48,570 nucleotides of DNA from Candidatus Eiseniibacteriota bacterium (GTDB lineage Bacteria; Eisenbacteria; RBG-16-71-46), in assembly GCA_041483195.1 (NCBI GenBank), contig JBGPFC010000032.1, positions 1 to 48,570 on the forward strand. The letters are read 5' to 3'. Of the stretch, positions 21,416 through 31,636 are shown in pieces (within the stretch, counting starts at the first letter, position 1; the number at the start of each line of letters is the position of its first letter). The translations under genes and the position numbers were made by a program. The notes below the pieces were generated by a model. That model was not told where the DNA came from, did no database searches, and saw only the letters and a program-made list of their open reading frames with translations.

Positions 21416-23347
21416 ATGTTCCGCTCGTCGCGCCGTTCAAGCTCGCCGCTCACGCTCGCCATCCTGATCTCGCTCGTCGCGCTCACCGCCCGCGCCGCGT
21501 ATCCCGCCGCCGCGCCGGGGACGATCACCCTCGCGGTGGACGCGACCGAGGCGCCTCAGAAGCTGCTTCACGTGCGCGAGAGCATCCCGGTGGATGCCGG
21601 GGCGCTCACGCTCTACTACCCGGAGTGGATCCCGGGCGAGCACGGACCCACCGGCCCGCTCACCGACATGGCCGGGCTCCACCTCAGCGGCGCGGGCAAA
21701 CCCATCGCGTGGCGGCGCGACGACGTGGACATGTACGCGTTTCACCTCGAGGTTCCGGCGGGCGTCAAGGCGCTCGACGTGCGCTTCGACTTCATGGCGG
21801 CGGCGGCGCCGGTTGGTTTCTCGGCGGCGGCCTCGTGCACGCAGCAGCTGGTGCTGCTCTCGTGGAACCAGGTGCTGCTCTATCCGGCCGGCTCGACCTC
21901 GGACGCGCTGACGTTCGCCGCGAGCCTCACGCTTCCCACCGGATGGAAGTACGGCACCGCGCTTCCTGTCGATGGCGAGGGCGGCGGCGCGATCCGGTTC
22001 GCGCCGGCCTCGCTCACCACGCTGGTGGATTCGCCGGTGATCGCTGGCGTCTACTTCCGCCGCGTAGACCTGGCGGCGGACCCGGCGCAGCACGAGTACA
22101 TCGACATGGCGTGCGACAGCCGCGAGGGGCTCGCGATGCCTGACTCGCAGGTCGCGTGCTACAAACACCTGATGGTCGAATCGTTCGCGCTGTTCGGCGC
22201 GCGGCACTACCGCGATTACCACTTCCTGCTCTCGCTCAGCGATCACGTCGCGCACTTCGGCCTCGAGCATCACGAGTCGAGCGACGACCGCGCGGTGGAG
22301 CGCATGTGGCTCGACAACGATCTCCGGATCGGGGCCTCGAACCTGCTTCCGCACGAGCTGGTGCACTCGTGGAACGGGAAGTACCGCCGCCCCACCGGGC
22401 TCGCGACCCCGGACTATCACGAGCCGATGAAGGGCGAGCTGCTCTGGGTGTACGAAGGGCTGACGCAGTATCTGGGCTTCGTGCTGGGGGCGCGCAGCGG
22501 CGTTCGCACGGCGCAGCAGTCGGAAGACAACCTCGCGTCGGTGGCCGCGACACTCGACAACCGCCCGGGCCGCACCTGGCGGCCGCTCGAGGACACCGCG
22601 ATCGAGGCGCAGCGGCTGTACGAGGCCTCGCCGCTCTGGCAGTCGTACCGGCGCGGCACCGACTTCTACAACGAGGGCCTGCTCATGTGGCTCGAGGCCG
22701 ACGTGCAGATTCGCCAGCTCTCGCACGGCACGCGATCGCTCGACGACTTCTGCAAGGCGTTCCATGGCCTGCCCAGCGGCGCGCCGAAGGTGGCGCCCTA
22801 CACGTTCGAGGACGTGGTGCGCACGATGAACGGCGTCGCGCCCTACGACTGGCGCGCGTTCTTCAGGACGCACCTCGAATCGCTGAGCCCGCGCGCGCCG
22901 TTCGGCGGGATCGAGGGCGGCGGCTGGAAGGTGGCCTACACCGACAGCATCTCGGCGTTCATGAAGGCGATCGGCGCCGCGAACAAGACCACGGATCTCG
23001 AGTTCTCGATCGGGATCGTCGTGCAGAACGAGGACGCGGTGATCACCGACGTGCTGCCGGGGAGCCCCGCCGCGAAGGCCGGCGTCGTGCCCGGCGAGAA
23101 GCTGGTCGCGGTGAACGGACGGCACTGGTCGAAGGAGGTGCTGCTCGACGCGGTGCGCGCCACGAAGACCGGCGCCCCGCTCGAGCTGCTGGTGGACAAC
23201 AACGAGTTCTACCGCGCGTGCCGGCTCGATTACAGCGGCGGGGCGCGCTACCCGCGGCTGGTGCGGGACGCAGCGGCGCCCGACGTGCTCAGCGAGATCC
23301 TCGCGGCGCACGCGCCGGCGGTGAAGACGGGGGGCGAGAAGAAGTAG
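21416..23347 (+). CDS. M61 glycyl aminopeptidase family protein with C-terminal PDZ domain
   Basis: WIPGEH, GLEHHESS, HELVHSWNGK, LLWVYEGLT; PDZ GSPAAKAG...VAVNG. Confidence 0.92.
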   Translation: MFRSSRRSSSPLTLAILISLVALTARAAYPAAAPGTITLAVDATEAPQKLLHVRESIPVDAGALTLYYPEWIPGEHGPTGPLTDMAGLHLSGAGKPIAWRRDDVDMYAFHLEVPAGVKALDVRFDFMAAAAPVGFSAAASCTQQLVLLSWNQVLLYPAGSTSDALTFAASLTLPTGWKYGTALPVDGEGGGAIRFAPASLTTLVDSPVIAGVYFRRVDLAADPAQHEYIDMACDSREGLAMPDSQVACYKHLMVESFALFGARHYRDYHFLLSLSDHVAHFGLEHHESSDDRAVERMWLDNDLRIGASNLLPHELVHSWNGKYRRPTGLATPDYHEPMKGELLWVYEGLTQYLGFVLGARSGVRTAQQSEDNLASVAATLDNRPGRTWRPLEDTAIEAQRLYEASPLWQSYRRGTDFYNEGLLMWLEADVQIRQLSHGTRSLDDFCKAFHGLPSGAPKVAPYTFEDVVRTMNGVAPYDWRAFFRTHLESLSPRAPFGGIEGGGWKVAYTDSISAFMKAIGAANKTTDLEFSIGIVVQNEDAVITDVLPGSPAAKAGVVPGEKLVAVNGRHWSKEVLLDAVRATKTGAPLELLVDNNEFYRACRLDYSGGARYPRLVRDAAAPDVLSEILAAHAPAVKTGGEKK

Positions 23348-23418
23348 CGCGGCGGCTACGCGGCGCCGTCACGCGGCGCGACCACGTGGCGCGCGGCGCG
23401 CATTCATCGCACGGGTGA

Positions 23419-26055
23419 TCAGAACCCTTCGAGCAGCCAGATGTTCGTCGAAACGAGGTTGCGCGTGAAGGCGAGATGCCGGCCGTCGGGCGATGCCTCG
23501 CATCCGTAGAGCCAGAACGCGGGCGGCTGAAGCGGCGTGCATTCCCCGTGCGCGCCGACGCGCACCAGCATGAAACCATGGTCGGACGGGCCGGTCACGA
23601 ACCAGCCGTCGCCGCGAGCCGACCACGTCACGTACCCCGGTGCGAAACTAAGGGAGAGCCGCACCTCGCGCACCGGGCCGCCCTCGAGCGACGCGACGCG
23701 GAGGCGCGGGATCGAGTCCAGTTGGTCCACGATCGCGACCGACTTGCCGTCTGGCGACAGCGCCCAGTTGGGGGCCGTGCCGGATTCGATGCGCGCCAGC
23801 ACGCGGCCGCGGCCGGCCAGCGGGTCGAATGCCGAGTACCTGGATCGGGTGCCCTCGTTCTCGCACAGCACGCACGCCGTCGCTGGCCAGCGCGCGCACG
23901 CGAACCCGGCCAACGCACGGCTCGTCAGCACCTGGGCCGGAACACCACCCGCCGCGGGAATGCGCATGAGGCGCGCGCTGCCGGTGTCGGCCGCCGCCTC
24001 GAACTCCCGATAGAGGATCCACGCCCCGTCGGGGCTCGCGCGCGCGGTGGTTCGCGTCTTCGGGCTCGTGACGAGCGGCTCTGCCGCGGTCGCGTCGATC
24101 GCCTGTTTGAAGACATCCATCTCCCCGCGGCGATCGGACGTGAAGAGCACGGTGCGGCCGTCTGGCATCCACGACGGCGAAACATCGGTGCGCTCATCGA
24201 GGGTGAGGCGCCGCACGTCGGAGAGCGACCGATCGCCGCGACCGAGGCTCCCGATGTACACGTCGCTCTCGTACTCGACCAGGTTCACGGCCATCCGCAT
24301 GCCGTCCACGGAGGCACCCGTGAGGATTGGGATCGAGATGTGCGGCCAGCTCGTGAGCCGGTGGGGCCGGCCCGAGGCGATGCCGGTTCGCGGATCGACC
24401 CTAAGCGTCCACAAATTCATGTCGCTGCGCGCGGGGGGTGGCTCGCCGATCGGGAACACGAACCGTCCATCGGGGAGCCATGTGCCGCTCAGGACGGGGT
24501 GGAGCGCGAATTCCGCGGACTCGACGAACACGATCCGCCGCCTGCCTTCCAGATCGCAGCTCTCGAGCCGGATGCGCCGCGACCCGATCGAATCGAGCAT
24601 CACTCTCGAGTAGAGGAGCCGCGGCGCGCGCGGCGACCACGCGATCACACCCAGCAGGATGCCGCTCGAATCGCTCGCGACGATCCGCCGCGCGCCCTGG
24701 CCGTCGGCGTCCATGCACCAGATCTCGGAGCCGGCCGCGCCGTTGCGCACGAACGCGATGCGTGCGCCGTCGGGTGAGACCAGCCCCAAGCCGCCCACGC
24801 CGAGATTGCGAGGCACGCCGCCCATCAGCGGAAGCGACCACATCGCCGGCGAGCCCTTCGCGTCCGAGAGGCTCGCGAGCAGGTGATTGCCATCCGGGAA
24901 CCAGCTTCCAGCCGAGATCTGGCCACCGATATTGAATCCGGCCGGCAGCGCGACGTCGCGCAACTCCCCGGTCTCGATGGTGCGAATGTGGACGCCCCCG
25001 CTATCCACGTACGCGAGGTAGCGGCCGTCGGGCGAGATGAGTCCTCCGTACACCGGATTGTCCGCGGGGTTGGTCGTGAGCTGGCGCTGCGAAATCTCGC
25101 GCGCCGGCTCGGGGCGGTGGGTGATGATCCACGTCGCCGCGACCGCGGCGCTGAACGCGGCGATCGCGGTGACCGCGATCAAGAGCCCGCGCCGTGAACG
25201 CGAACGTCCCGCCGCCGCCACTCCGGTCGCGTCGCTCTGCAGCGCCTCGAGCGCGGCGCGCACCTCGCCCGCGCCGCGGAATCGTTGCGATGGATCCTTC
25301 GCGAGGCAGCGCTGGACGATCGAGCGCAGCCCGGGCGGCACGCGATCCGGCAGCGGCGCGGGCGGGGCGTTGAGGATCGCGGCGCTCAGCTCGAACCCGG
25401 TGCGTCCCGCGAAGGGCAGCGCGCCCGAGATCATCTCGTGCAGCAGCACGCCGAGCGCCCAGATGTCGCCGAGCGCATCGCCGCGCTCGCCGCGCAGCAC
25501 CTCGGGCGGGAGGTAATGCGGGGTGCCGACCACCGCGCCGGTCTCGGTGAGCGTGGTGTCGGCCCGCGGCGCGCCGTCGCCCTCCGCGACGCGACGCGCG
25601 AGCCCGAAGTCGAGCACCTTGGCCCGGCCCTCGCGCGTGATCATCACGTTCGCGCTCTTGAGATCTCGATGCACCACGCCGCGTTCGTGGGCGTGCGCGA
25701 AAGCGTCCGCGATCTGCGCGCCGAGCCGCAGCACGGTTTCGATCGGCATGCCGCCCGCGGGGATCGATTGGGCGAGCGACTTGCCATCGACCAGCTCCAT
25801 CGCGATGAAGATGCGCCCGTCGGCCTCGCCCGCCTCGAAGATGGTGCAGATGTGCGGATGGCTCAGCGCGGAGGCGGCACGCGCCTCGCGCAGCATGCGC
25901 GCGCGCGCGGTCTCGTCGGCGATCGTCTCCGGGGGCAGCAGCTTGATCGCGACGTCGCGCTGGAGCTGGGGGTCGTGCGCGCGGAAGACGGCGCCCATCC
26001 CGCCCTGGGCGAGCGGGACGAGCGCCTGATAGCGGCCGAGCGTTCGAGGCTCCAT
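23419..26055 (-). CDS. Hanks-type Ser/Thr protein kinase with TM helix and TolB/PD40 beta-propeller
   Basis: GGMGAVF, VAIK, HRDLKSAN, DFG, GTPHYLPPE; repeated (W/I)SPDG. Confidence 0.93.
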   Translation of the reverse strand: MEPRTLGRYQALVPLAQGGMGAVFRAHDPQLQRDVAIKLLPPETIADETARARMLREARAASALSHPHICTIFEAGEADGRIFIAMELVDGKSLAQSIPAGGMPIETVLRLGAQIADAFAHAHERGVVHRDLKSANVMITREGRAKVLDFGLARRVAEGDGAPRADTTLTETGAVVGTPHYLPPEVLRGERGDALGDIWALGVLLHEMISGALPFAGRTGFELSAAILNAPPAPLPDRVPPGLRSIVQRCLAKDPSQRFRGAGEVRAALEALQSDATGVAAAGRSRSRRGLLIAVTAIAAFSAAVAATWIITHRPEPAREISQRQLTTNPADNPVYGGLISPDGRYLAYVDSGGVHIRTIETGELRDVALPAGFNIGGQISAGSWFPDGNHLLASLSDAKGSPAMWSLPLMGGVPRNLGVGGLGLVSPDGARIAFVRNGAAGSEIWCMDADGQGARRIVASDSSGILLGVIAWSPRAPRLLYSRVMLDSIGSRRIRLESCDLEGRRRIVFVESAEFALHPVLSGTWLPDGRFVFPIGEPPPARSDMNLWTLRVDPRTGIASGRPHRLTSWPHISIPILTGASVDGMRMAVNLVEYESDVYIGSLGRGDRSLSDVRRLTLDERTDVSPSWMPDGRTVLFTSDRRGEMDVFKQAIDATAAEPLVTSPKTRTTARASPDGAWILYREFEAAADTGSARLMRIPAAGGVPAQVLTSRALAGFACARWPATACVLCENEGTRSRYSAFDPLAGRGRVLARIESGTAPNWALSPDGKSVAIVDQLDSIPRLRVASLEGGPVREVRLSLSFAPGYVTWSARGDGWFVTGPSDHGFMLVRVGAHGECTPLQPPAFWLYGCEASPDGRHLAFTRNLVSTNIWLLEGF

Positions 26056-26089
26056 CGATCTCCAGTCGCGGCCGAGCGCCGCTCTACGT

Positions 26090-26527
26090 TCAGCGGCCGA
26101 GCAGCGTCTCGAACTCGATCACCGCTCCGGTCTCGTCCTTGAAGATGTGATAGATCGAGTGGTAGAAGACCGGGTGGTCCTTCACCAGCGGCACGATCTT
26201 GCGGTACGCCCCCGCCGCCGCGGCCTCGGTCTTGAGCGCCTCCTCGAGCATCAGGTGCGTGTCCTCGGTGTGGATGATCGGCGCCGGATCGCGCGTCGTG
26301 ACGGATTCGCCGCCGAGCGCCGCGATGATGTCGCGCACCTTCTTCGCGTGGCCCATCGACTCGGTGACTTCCTCCTCGAAATGCCCGGCGAGCGTGAGCG
26401 ATTCGAGGCCCTTCACGTATGCCGCGTAGTGGGCGTACATCGCCTGCGCGCGCAGCTCCCATCCCAGCGCTTCGTTGAGCAGCCTGATCAGCTTCGCGCT
26501 GCCCGGCTTCTGTTTCGGCTTCGGCAT
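26090..26527 (-). CDS. Ferritin-like (bacterioferritin-like) four-helix protein
   Basis: LNEALGWE...Y, EEEVTESMGHA...LGG, E..A...Y, IFKDE pattern; 145 aa. Confidence 0.75.
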   Translation of the reverse strand: MPKPKQKPGSAKLIRLLNEALGWELRAQAMYAHYAAYVKGLESLTLAGHFEEEVTESMGHAKKVRDIIAALGGESVTTRDPAPIIHTEDTHLMLEEALKTEAAAAGAYRKIVPLVKDHPVFYHSIYHIFKDETGAVIEFETLLGR

Positions 26528-26845
26528 GGTCTCTCTCTCCCGGGTGGCGGGGGCCTGATCGTGGTGGGGTTCGCGAACGGGTGCTGGCGAACCCTAATTC
26601 GGCCGCCCGGGACGCGCAACCGAGCGCGCCGCGGGTCCCGCGCGCACCTCGCCCCGCGCGATTTGCACGCCGCGCCCGCATGGATTGCACGCGGCGCAGC
26701 GGCCGCGCGGCATGGGTGGTGCTCCCCCGTCTACCTGCCCGCGGCCCTTCGTGTCCGCGGAACCCGCCACAATCGAGGCGATTCCGCCACTTGCAGGACG
26801 CCGGGCGATTCGTCCAAGTGATTGGCGGCAGGACCGAAAGCGCCG

Positions 26846-26860
26846 GGCACGGACCTTGAT
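26846..26860 (+). promoter_or_regulatory. Possible sigma54 (-24/-12) promoter, variant GA at -12
   Basis: GGCACG-GACC-TTGAT with correct GG-N10 spacing, about 55 nt before the barrel gene. Confidence 0.4.
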
Positions 26861-26915
26861 AGGAACAGGTGTCGACGTTTCAATCGCTCCCGGCGTTCGA
26901 GTACGGAGGCTCAAG

Positions 26916-27491
26916 ATGCACACGCAACCCCGCAGGGTCATGGGCCTGCTGGACCGCGCCCTGATCGGCCTCGTCATCTTCATCATCATGGTGCTGCTGG
27001 GCGTCGAGGCCGCCCGCGCCACCGAGATCGTGCCCTCGATCGGCGTCGCGCGCGCCAACGACAACGGCGCCTCCGATGCCAAGACGTTCGGCGGTCTCGC
27101 CGTTCGCGCCCCGCTCGCGCCGTTCCTCAAGACCGAGCTCGGCGTTGCCTGGCGCAACGAGTCCTACAGCAACGGCGACCTCACGGTAAAGATGCGCCCG
27201 TTCACCACCTCGCTCTGGCTGCAGCCGGCCCCGTTCTTCTACGCGGGCGGCGGCGTGGGCTGGTACAACGCGCGCTACGAATACCGGAGCAGCCTCGGTC
27301 TCGCCAACGCGACCACCACCCAGTTCGGCACGCATCTCGGCGGCGGCTTCAACATGCCGCTCGCGCCGATGATGGCGCTCGACGTCCAGGGGCGCTCGGT
27401 GTTCATGAAGGAACAGCAGACGCTGCTGCCGACCAACAAGCTCGACCCGAGCTTCTGGTCGATGACCGCGGGGCTCGCGATCAAGTTCTAG
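26916..27491 (+). CDS. Small outer-membrane beta-barrel protein
   Basis: GGAGG RBS; signal region; alternating beta strands, YAGGGVG, C-terminal Phe (GLAIKF). Confidence 0.82.
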   Translation: MHTQPRRVMGLLDRALIGLVIFIIMVLLGVEAARATEIVPSIGVARANDNGASDAKTFGGLAVRAPLAPFLKTELGVAWRNESYSNGDLTVKMRPFTTSLWLQPAPFFYAGGGVGWYNARYEYRSSLGLANATTTQFGTHLGGGFNMPLAPMMALDVQGRSVFMKEQQTLLPTNKLDPSFWSMTAGLAIKF

Positions 27492-27523
27492 GTTGGTCCT
27501 CCCGGTGCGGCCCCGGGAGTCCA

Positions 27524-27562
27524 GGGCGGCGGGGCGCAATTGGCCCCGCCGTCTGCTTTGTT
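27524..27562 (+). terminator. Probable intrinsic terminator
   Basis: CGGCGGGGC...GCCCCGCCG stem followed by CTTTGTT, between convergent genes. Confidence 0.55.
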
Positions 27563-27604
27563 GGGGCGGCGACCCCGGCTCGCGAACGAGTCGCGCGCCT
27601 GAGC

Positions 27605-28663
27605 CTAGCTCCACCCCTCGCGCACAGCGCGGGCATACGCGTCCCAGTAAGGATCGGGCTCCGGCTCGGTAAAGGTGCGCACCTCGCCGTCTCGCTCGGT
27701 CAGCAATAGCGCGCCCGCCCCCGCCACCACCTCGCCCACCTCGGCCGCCGCGATGCCGGCGCCGTCGAGCGCGGCCATCACGCCGCTCGCGCTCGGCTGC
27801 CGCACGGCCGCGATCAGCGCGCCCTCCGCGAGCGCCCAGTAGGGATCGATCTCGAACGCCTCGCATGCCGCGCGGCACTCGGGCGCGAGCGGGATCTTCG
27901 CGCGCTCGATTCGCAGATCGTGGCCGCACGCGCGCGCCAGCTCGATCAGCCCGCCGAGCACGCCGCCCTCGGTCGCATCGTGGAGCGCCGTGACCCCGCG
28001 ATCGCCCGCGCCGGCGCGGAGCACCGCGCGGCAGTCTTCGACGACGCTCACCGAATCGATCAGCGCGCGCGCGCGGCGCAAGCCGTCCTCATCGAGGCGC
28101 GCGGCGAGCCGGAGCGGAAACAGATGCGCGGCGATCGCCGCGGCCTCGATCGCGCAGCCCTTCGTGACGATCACGCGATCGCCGGGCCGCGCCATCGCGG
28201 GGGTGAGCGCGCGGTCCTCGTCGCCGAGCCCGATCAGCGTGGCTGCGCCGACGATCGAGTAGTCGCAGCCCGGGTAGCGGCCGGTGTGCCCGGCGACCAC
28301 CGCCACGCCGAGCGATTCCCACGTGGCGCTCATCGCGCTCCAGTAGCGATCGAGATCGTCATCGCCCATCTGCGGCGGCAGGTTGAGGTCGACCGTGGCG
28401 TGGGTCGGCGCGATGCCGCTGGTCCAGAGATCCGAGGCGAGCAGGTGGCACGAGAGCCGGGCGGAGGCTTCGAAGCCCAGCGCGGGGATCACCGACAGCG
28501 GATCGGTGGTGATCGCCATCACGCGGCCCGCGCCGATCCGCACGATCGCGCAGTCGCGCCCGATGCCGGGCCCCACCCGCACGTCCTCGCGCGCGGCGCC
28601 GAGCCCGATCGCGATCAGCCGCTCGAGCGGCCGCGCACCGAGCTTGCCGAGCGTCTCGCGCAC
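27605..28663 (-). CDS. AIR synthase (PurM-like) family protein of unknown function
   Basis: GKL, GPGIGRDCA, TTDP, GHT, LHDATEGG, IDP...EGAL. Confidence 0.8.
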   Translation of the reverse strand: MRETLGKLGARPLERLIAIGLGAAREDVRVGPGIGRDCAIVRIGAGRVMAITTDPLSVIPALGFEASARLSCHLLASDLWTSGIAPTHATVDLNLPPQMGDDDLDRYWSAMSATWESLGVAVVAGHTGRYPGCDYSIVGAATLIGLGDEDRALTPAMARPGDRVIVTKGCAIEAAAIAAHLFPLRLAARLDEDGLRRARALIDSVSVVEDCRAVLRAGAGDRGVTALHDATEGGVLGGLIELARACGHDLRIERAKIPLAPECRAACEAFEIDPYWALAEGALIAAVRQPSASGVMAALDGAGIAAAEVGEVVAGAGALLLTERDGEVRTFTEPEPDPYWDAYARAVREGWS

Positions 28664-28670
28664 CGCGGCC

Positions 28671-31592
28671 TCACTGGATCGCGGGCGCGTAGGTGATCGC
28701 GTTCAGGATCAGCCGCTCGGTGTTGCGCCAGAACAGGCGGAAGTCCGCCGGACCCTCGATCATGATGACGTGGCCGCGGCCGGTGGGCTCGTCCACCGCG
28801 TAGGCGGTGCCCCTCATGCGCCGGTCGGTCTCGGGCCAGCTCCAGCCCGTGAGCTTCAATGGCGCGCGGTCGAACATCATGGGGTTCGCGCCGTCCTTCG
28901 AGGGCTTGAGCAGCAGCTGTCCCTGGAGCAGCACCGGGATGCGCGGGCGATCGAAGCCGTAGCACAGGAAGTGGCGCGGATCGAGGCTCGCCCAGAAGAT
29001 GGTGCCCGGCAGGTACTGCGGCCGCACATCGTTCACGCGCGATGCACTGTCGGCCTTCGCGTCCTTCTCATCTTCGTCGTCCTTCGCCTCTTTCTTGCGA
29101 ACGCCGACCGGCCAGGCGCTCGAGAGCCCGACGCTCTTGAGCGTTGGGAACTCCGCGGCGTCGTCCAGGCAGAGCAGTGTGCCGCCGCGTCCGATCCAGT
29201 TCTTGAGCTTCGAGACGCCGCCCTCGCCGAGCGCGCCCGCCAGAGCGCCGCCGCTGCCGTCCGGGATGATCACGACGTTGTATCGATCCAGCTCGACGCG
29301 GCCGAGCGCGCCGACGCGCACCGCGGTGAAGCGCACGCCGAGCCGGCGCTCGAGCAGGAACCACAGCCAGCCGTACGAGGTCGGCGAGACCGGGGAGTCC
29401 ACCAGCACCGCGATGCGCGGGCGCTTGAGGCTCACGATCGATTCGGACCCGACGCCGGTGTCGCCGCGATCGGCGTACGCGCTGTTCACGGCGAGCACGC
29501 TCGTGCCGCAGCTCTTCGCGAGCGCGGCGACCCGTACATGGAGGATCTCGGGATTGCGCTCGATGCGCGCCACGAACGAGCCGCGCGGAAAGTCGCGATC
29601 GCCGGCGCGCAGCTCACGGGTGCTGGTCGCGACCTTGAAGTCCTCCTGCATGAGCCGCAGCGCGAGCCGCAGCGCGCCGTCCTGCGCGCACGACCACACG
29701 TAGGCGGTGCGCGCCGGCCCGCCCTCGATCCGGCCGCTCCCATCGAGCGCGACGCCGCCCCGCGCGTCGCGCAGCACCAGCGCGGCGGCGCGGCTCACCC
29801 GCGCGGGCTGCGGCACGCCGGTCGCGAGCGAGTCGGGCAGGCGCTCGTCGGCGGGATCCGCGGCGTTGGGATCGGGCGCGGCGAGCGCCACGCCGCCGGC
29901 GGGCAGATCGGCGAGCGCGAAGGCATCGACCCCGTAGGCCACGGGCAGCGACCACGCCGTGATGTCGTAGAAATCGTAGTCCTCCATCGGCGCGTTCTTC
30001 CCGCGCTTGAGATTGCGCTCGTACTTGGCGAGCTGGGCGCGCGCGAAAGCCGAGTCGAGCGGCGCGTCGCGCTCGAGCAGCGTGCGCGCCAGCCGCCCCG
30101 CCGGCTGCGCGAGATCCACCACGAACGCCCCGTGCTCGAACGCGTGCGGCGCGGCGGGCGCCGCCGGCGTCGTGGCGGGCGCGGCGTCTGGCGCCTCCTT
30201 CTCGCCCTTTCCGGCCTTGCCCTTCGCGGGCGGCGCGGAGGGGGGAGGCGTGTCGCTCCACACCGCGCGCGCCGAGGCGGCGCGGAACGGCTTCGCGACG
30301 TACGACACCTCGACGCCGGTGTTGAGGAGGTTCTCGGCGAGCGTCGCGGCGCGCACCGGATCGCCGCCGGCATCGAACGCGTAAGCGCGGGTCGGGCCGC
30401 GCCGCGCCTCGTCGATCGTGGAGCGCCCGAAACGCTCGAAGTCGCGCAGCCGCTCGCCGCGATGCGCGGCCGCGGTCGAGCAGGTCGCGAGCGAGGCGAC
30501 GAAGTGGCGCGAGACGCCGTCGAGCAGCGTCACCACCGTCTCGTCGTCGCGGCGCAGCGCGAGGTTGCCGCCGCCGTCGGTCTCGTAGGTCATGCCGATC
30601 GCGCCGTGGAGCGTCGGCCACGAATCCCAGTAGCCCGGGTAGTAGAGATCGAACACGTCGCGCACGTAGTAGTTCCAGCCGTAGCGGTCGAAGGCCGCCG
30701 CGTTGGCGCGGCCGAAGCGCTCGGTCCAGCGCGTCACCTCGTCGCGCGGCATGACGTCGTTGACCGGCACGGCGGGCGGCGGGAAGAAGTACGAGGCGGT
30801 CTGCCCATGGTGGTCGACGAACACCTGCGGATGCCAGCTCAGGATCGCGCGCCCCATCTGGCGCGACTCGAGCTGGCTCATCGCGAGCGCGTCGCGATTC
30901 ATGTCGAACTGATAGTGGTTGGTGCGCCCGCCGATGCCCCACGGCTGCTGCCGCTGCTGCTCGAGCGCCCAGGGATCGGGGCTGCCGCTGCCGAGCGCGT
31001 TGATCCAGGTGACGAAGCGCTCGTGCCCGTCCGGGTTGTGCGCGAGGTTGATGATCACCACGCAGCTGTCGAGGATCGCGCGGGTCGCGGCGTCCTCGCC
31101 CGCCGCGAGCTGGTAGGCGACCTGCATCATCGCCTCGAACGACGCCGACTCGTCGCCGTGAATGCTGTAGTTGAGCCACACCGTGGCCGGCGTGTCGCGG
31201 ATCAGGCGCTCGGCCTCTGCGGCGCTCGCGAGCGTGCGCGGGTCTGCGAGCTTCGCGGTCGCGGCGCGGATCACGTCGAGCCGCGCGTGGTTCGCGGGCG
31301 ACGTGATCACCAGCAGCGCGCGCTCGCGGAACTCGTAGGTGCGGCCGAACGGCTCGCGGCTCACGCGATCGGGCGCCGCGTGCAGCAGCGCGTCGACATA
31401 GCGCTCCATGTTGCCGTAGTTGGTGTGGAACGTGCCGGGCTCGTAGCCCAGCACCTCGGCCGGACGCGGGATGCCGTCGCGGTAGGGGCCGCGGTCGTAG
31501 AAATCGAAGCGCGCGGGCTGTGCCGCCGCGAGCGACGAGCACAGCGCGATGACGGCGAGCGCCAGGCCCTGGCGCGATGCGGCGCGGAGCAC
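28671..31592 (-). CDS. Large exported M14 family zinc carboxypeptidase with C-terminal GATase-like domain
   Basis: GGAGG before GTG 31592; SIHGDE, NPDG, DMNRD, VDHHG, YDITAWSLP, YNVVIIPDG. Confidence 0.88.
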   Translation of the reverse strand: MLRAASRQGLALAVIALCSSLAAAQPARFDFYDRGPYRDGIPRPAEVLGYEPGTFHTNYGNMERYVDALLHAAPDRVSREPFGRTYEFRERALLVITSPANHARLDVIRAATAKLADPRTLASAAEAERLIRDTPATVWLNYSIHGDESASFEAMMQVAYQLAAGEDAATRAILDSCVVIINLAHNPDGHERFVTWINALGSGSPDPWALEQQRQQPWGIGGRTNHYQFDMNRDALAMSQLESRQMGRAILSWHPQVFVDHHGQTASYFFPPPAVPVNDVMPRDEVTRWTERFGRANAAAFDRYGWNYYVRDVFDLYYPGYWDSWPTLHGAIGMTYETDGGGNLALRRDDETVVTLLDGVSRHFVASLATCSTAAAHRGERLRDFERFGRSTIDEARRGPTRAYAFDAGGDPVRAATLAENLLNTGVEVSYVAKPFRAASARAVWSDTPPPSAPPAKGKAGKGEKEAPDAAPATTPAAPAAPHAFEHGAFVVDLAQPAGRLARTLLERDAPLDSAFARAQLAKYERNLKRGKNAPMEDYDFYDITAWSLPVAYGVDAFALADLPAGGVALAAPDPNAADPADERLPDSLATGVPQPARVSRAAALVLRDARGGVALDGSGRIEGGPARTAYVWSCAQDGALRLALRLMQEDFKVATSTRELRAGDRDFPRGSFVARIERNPEILHVRVAALAKSCGTSVLAVNSAYADRGDTGVGSESIVSLKRPRIAVLVDSPVSPTSYGWLWFLLERRLGVRFTAVRVGALGRVELDRYNVVIIPDGSGGALAGALGEGGVSKLKNWIGRGGTLLCLDDAAEFPTLKSVGLSSAWPVGVRKKEAKDDEDEKDAKADSASRVNDVRPQYLPGTIFWASLDPRHFLCYGFDRPRIPVLLQGQLLLKPSKDGANPMMFDRAPLKLTGWSWPETDRRMRGTAYAVDEPTGRGHVIMIEGPADFRLFWRNTERLILNAITYAPAIQ

Positions 31593-31636
31593 GCGAATAC
31601 CTCCGTGAGAGGGGCGGGACGGCGTGAAAGCCGCCC

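Noticed and set aside
27605..28663. hypE, thiL or selD call
   Set aside because: No hydrogenase context and no C-terminal PRIC; only PurM-like family membership is supportable
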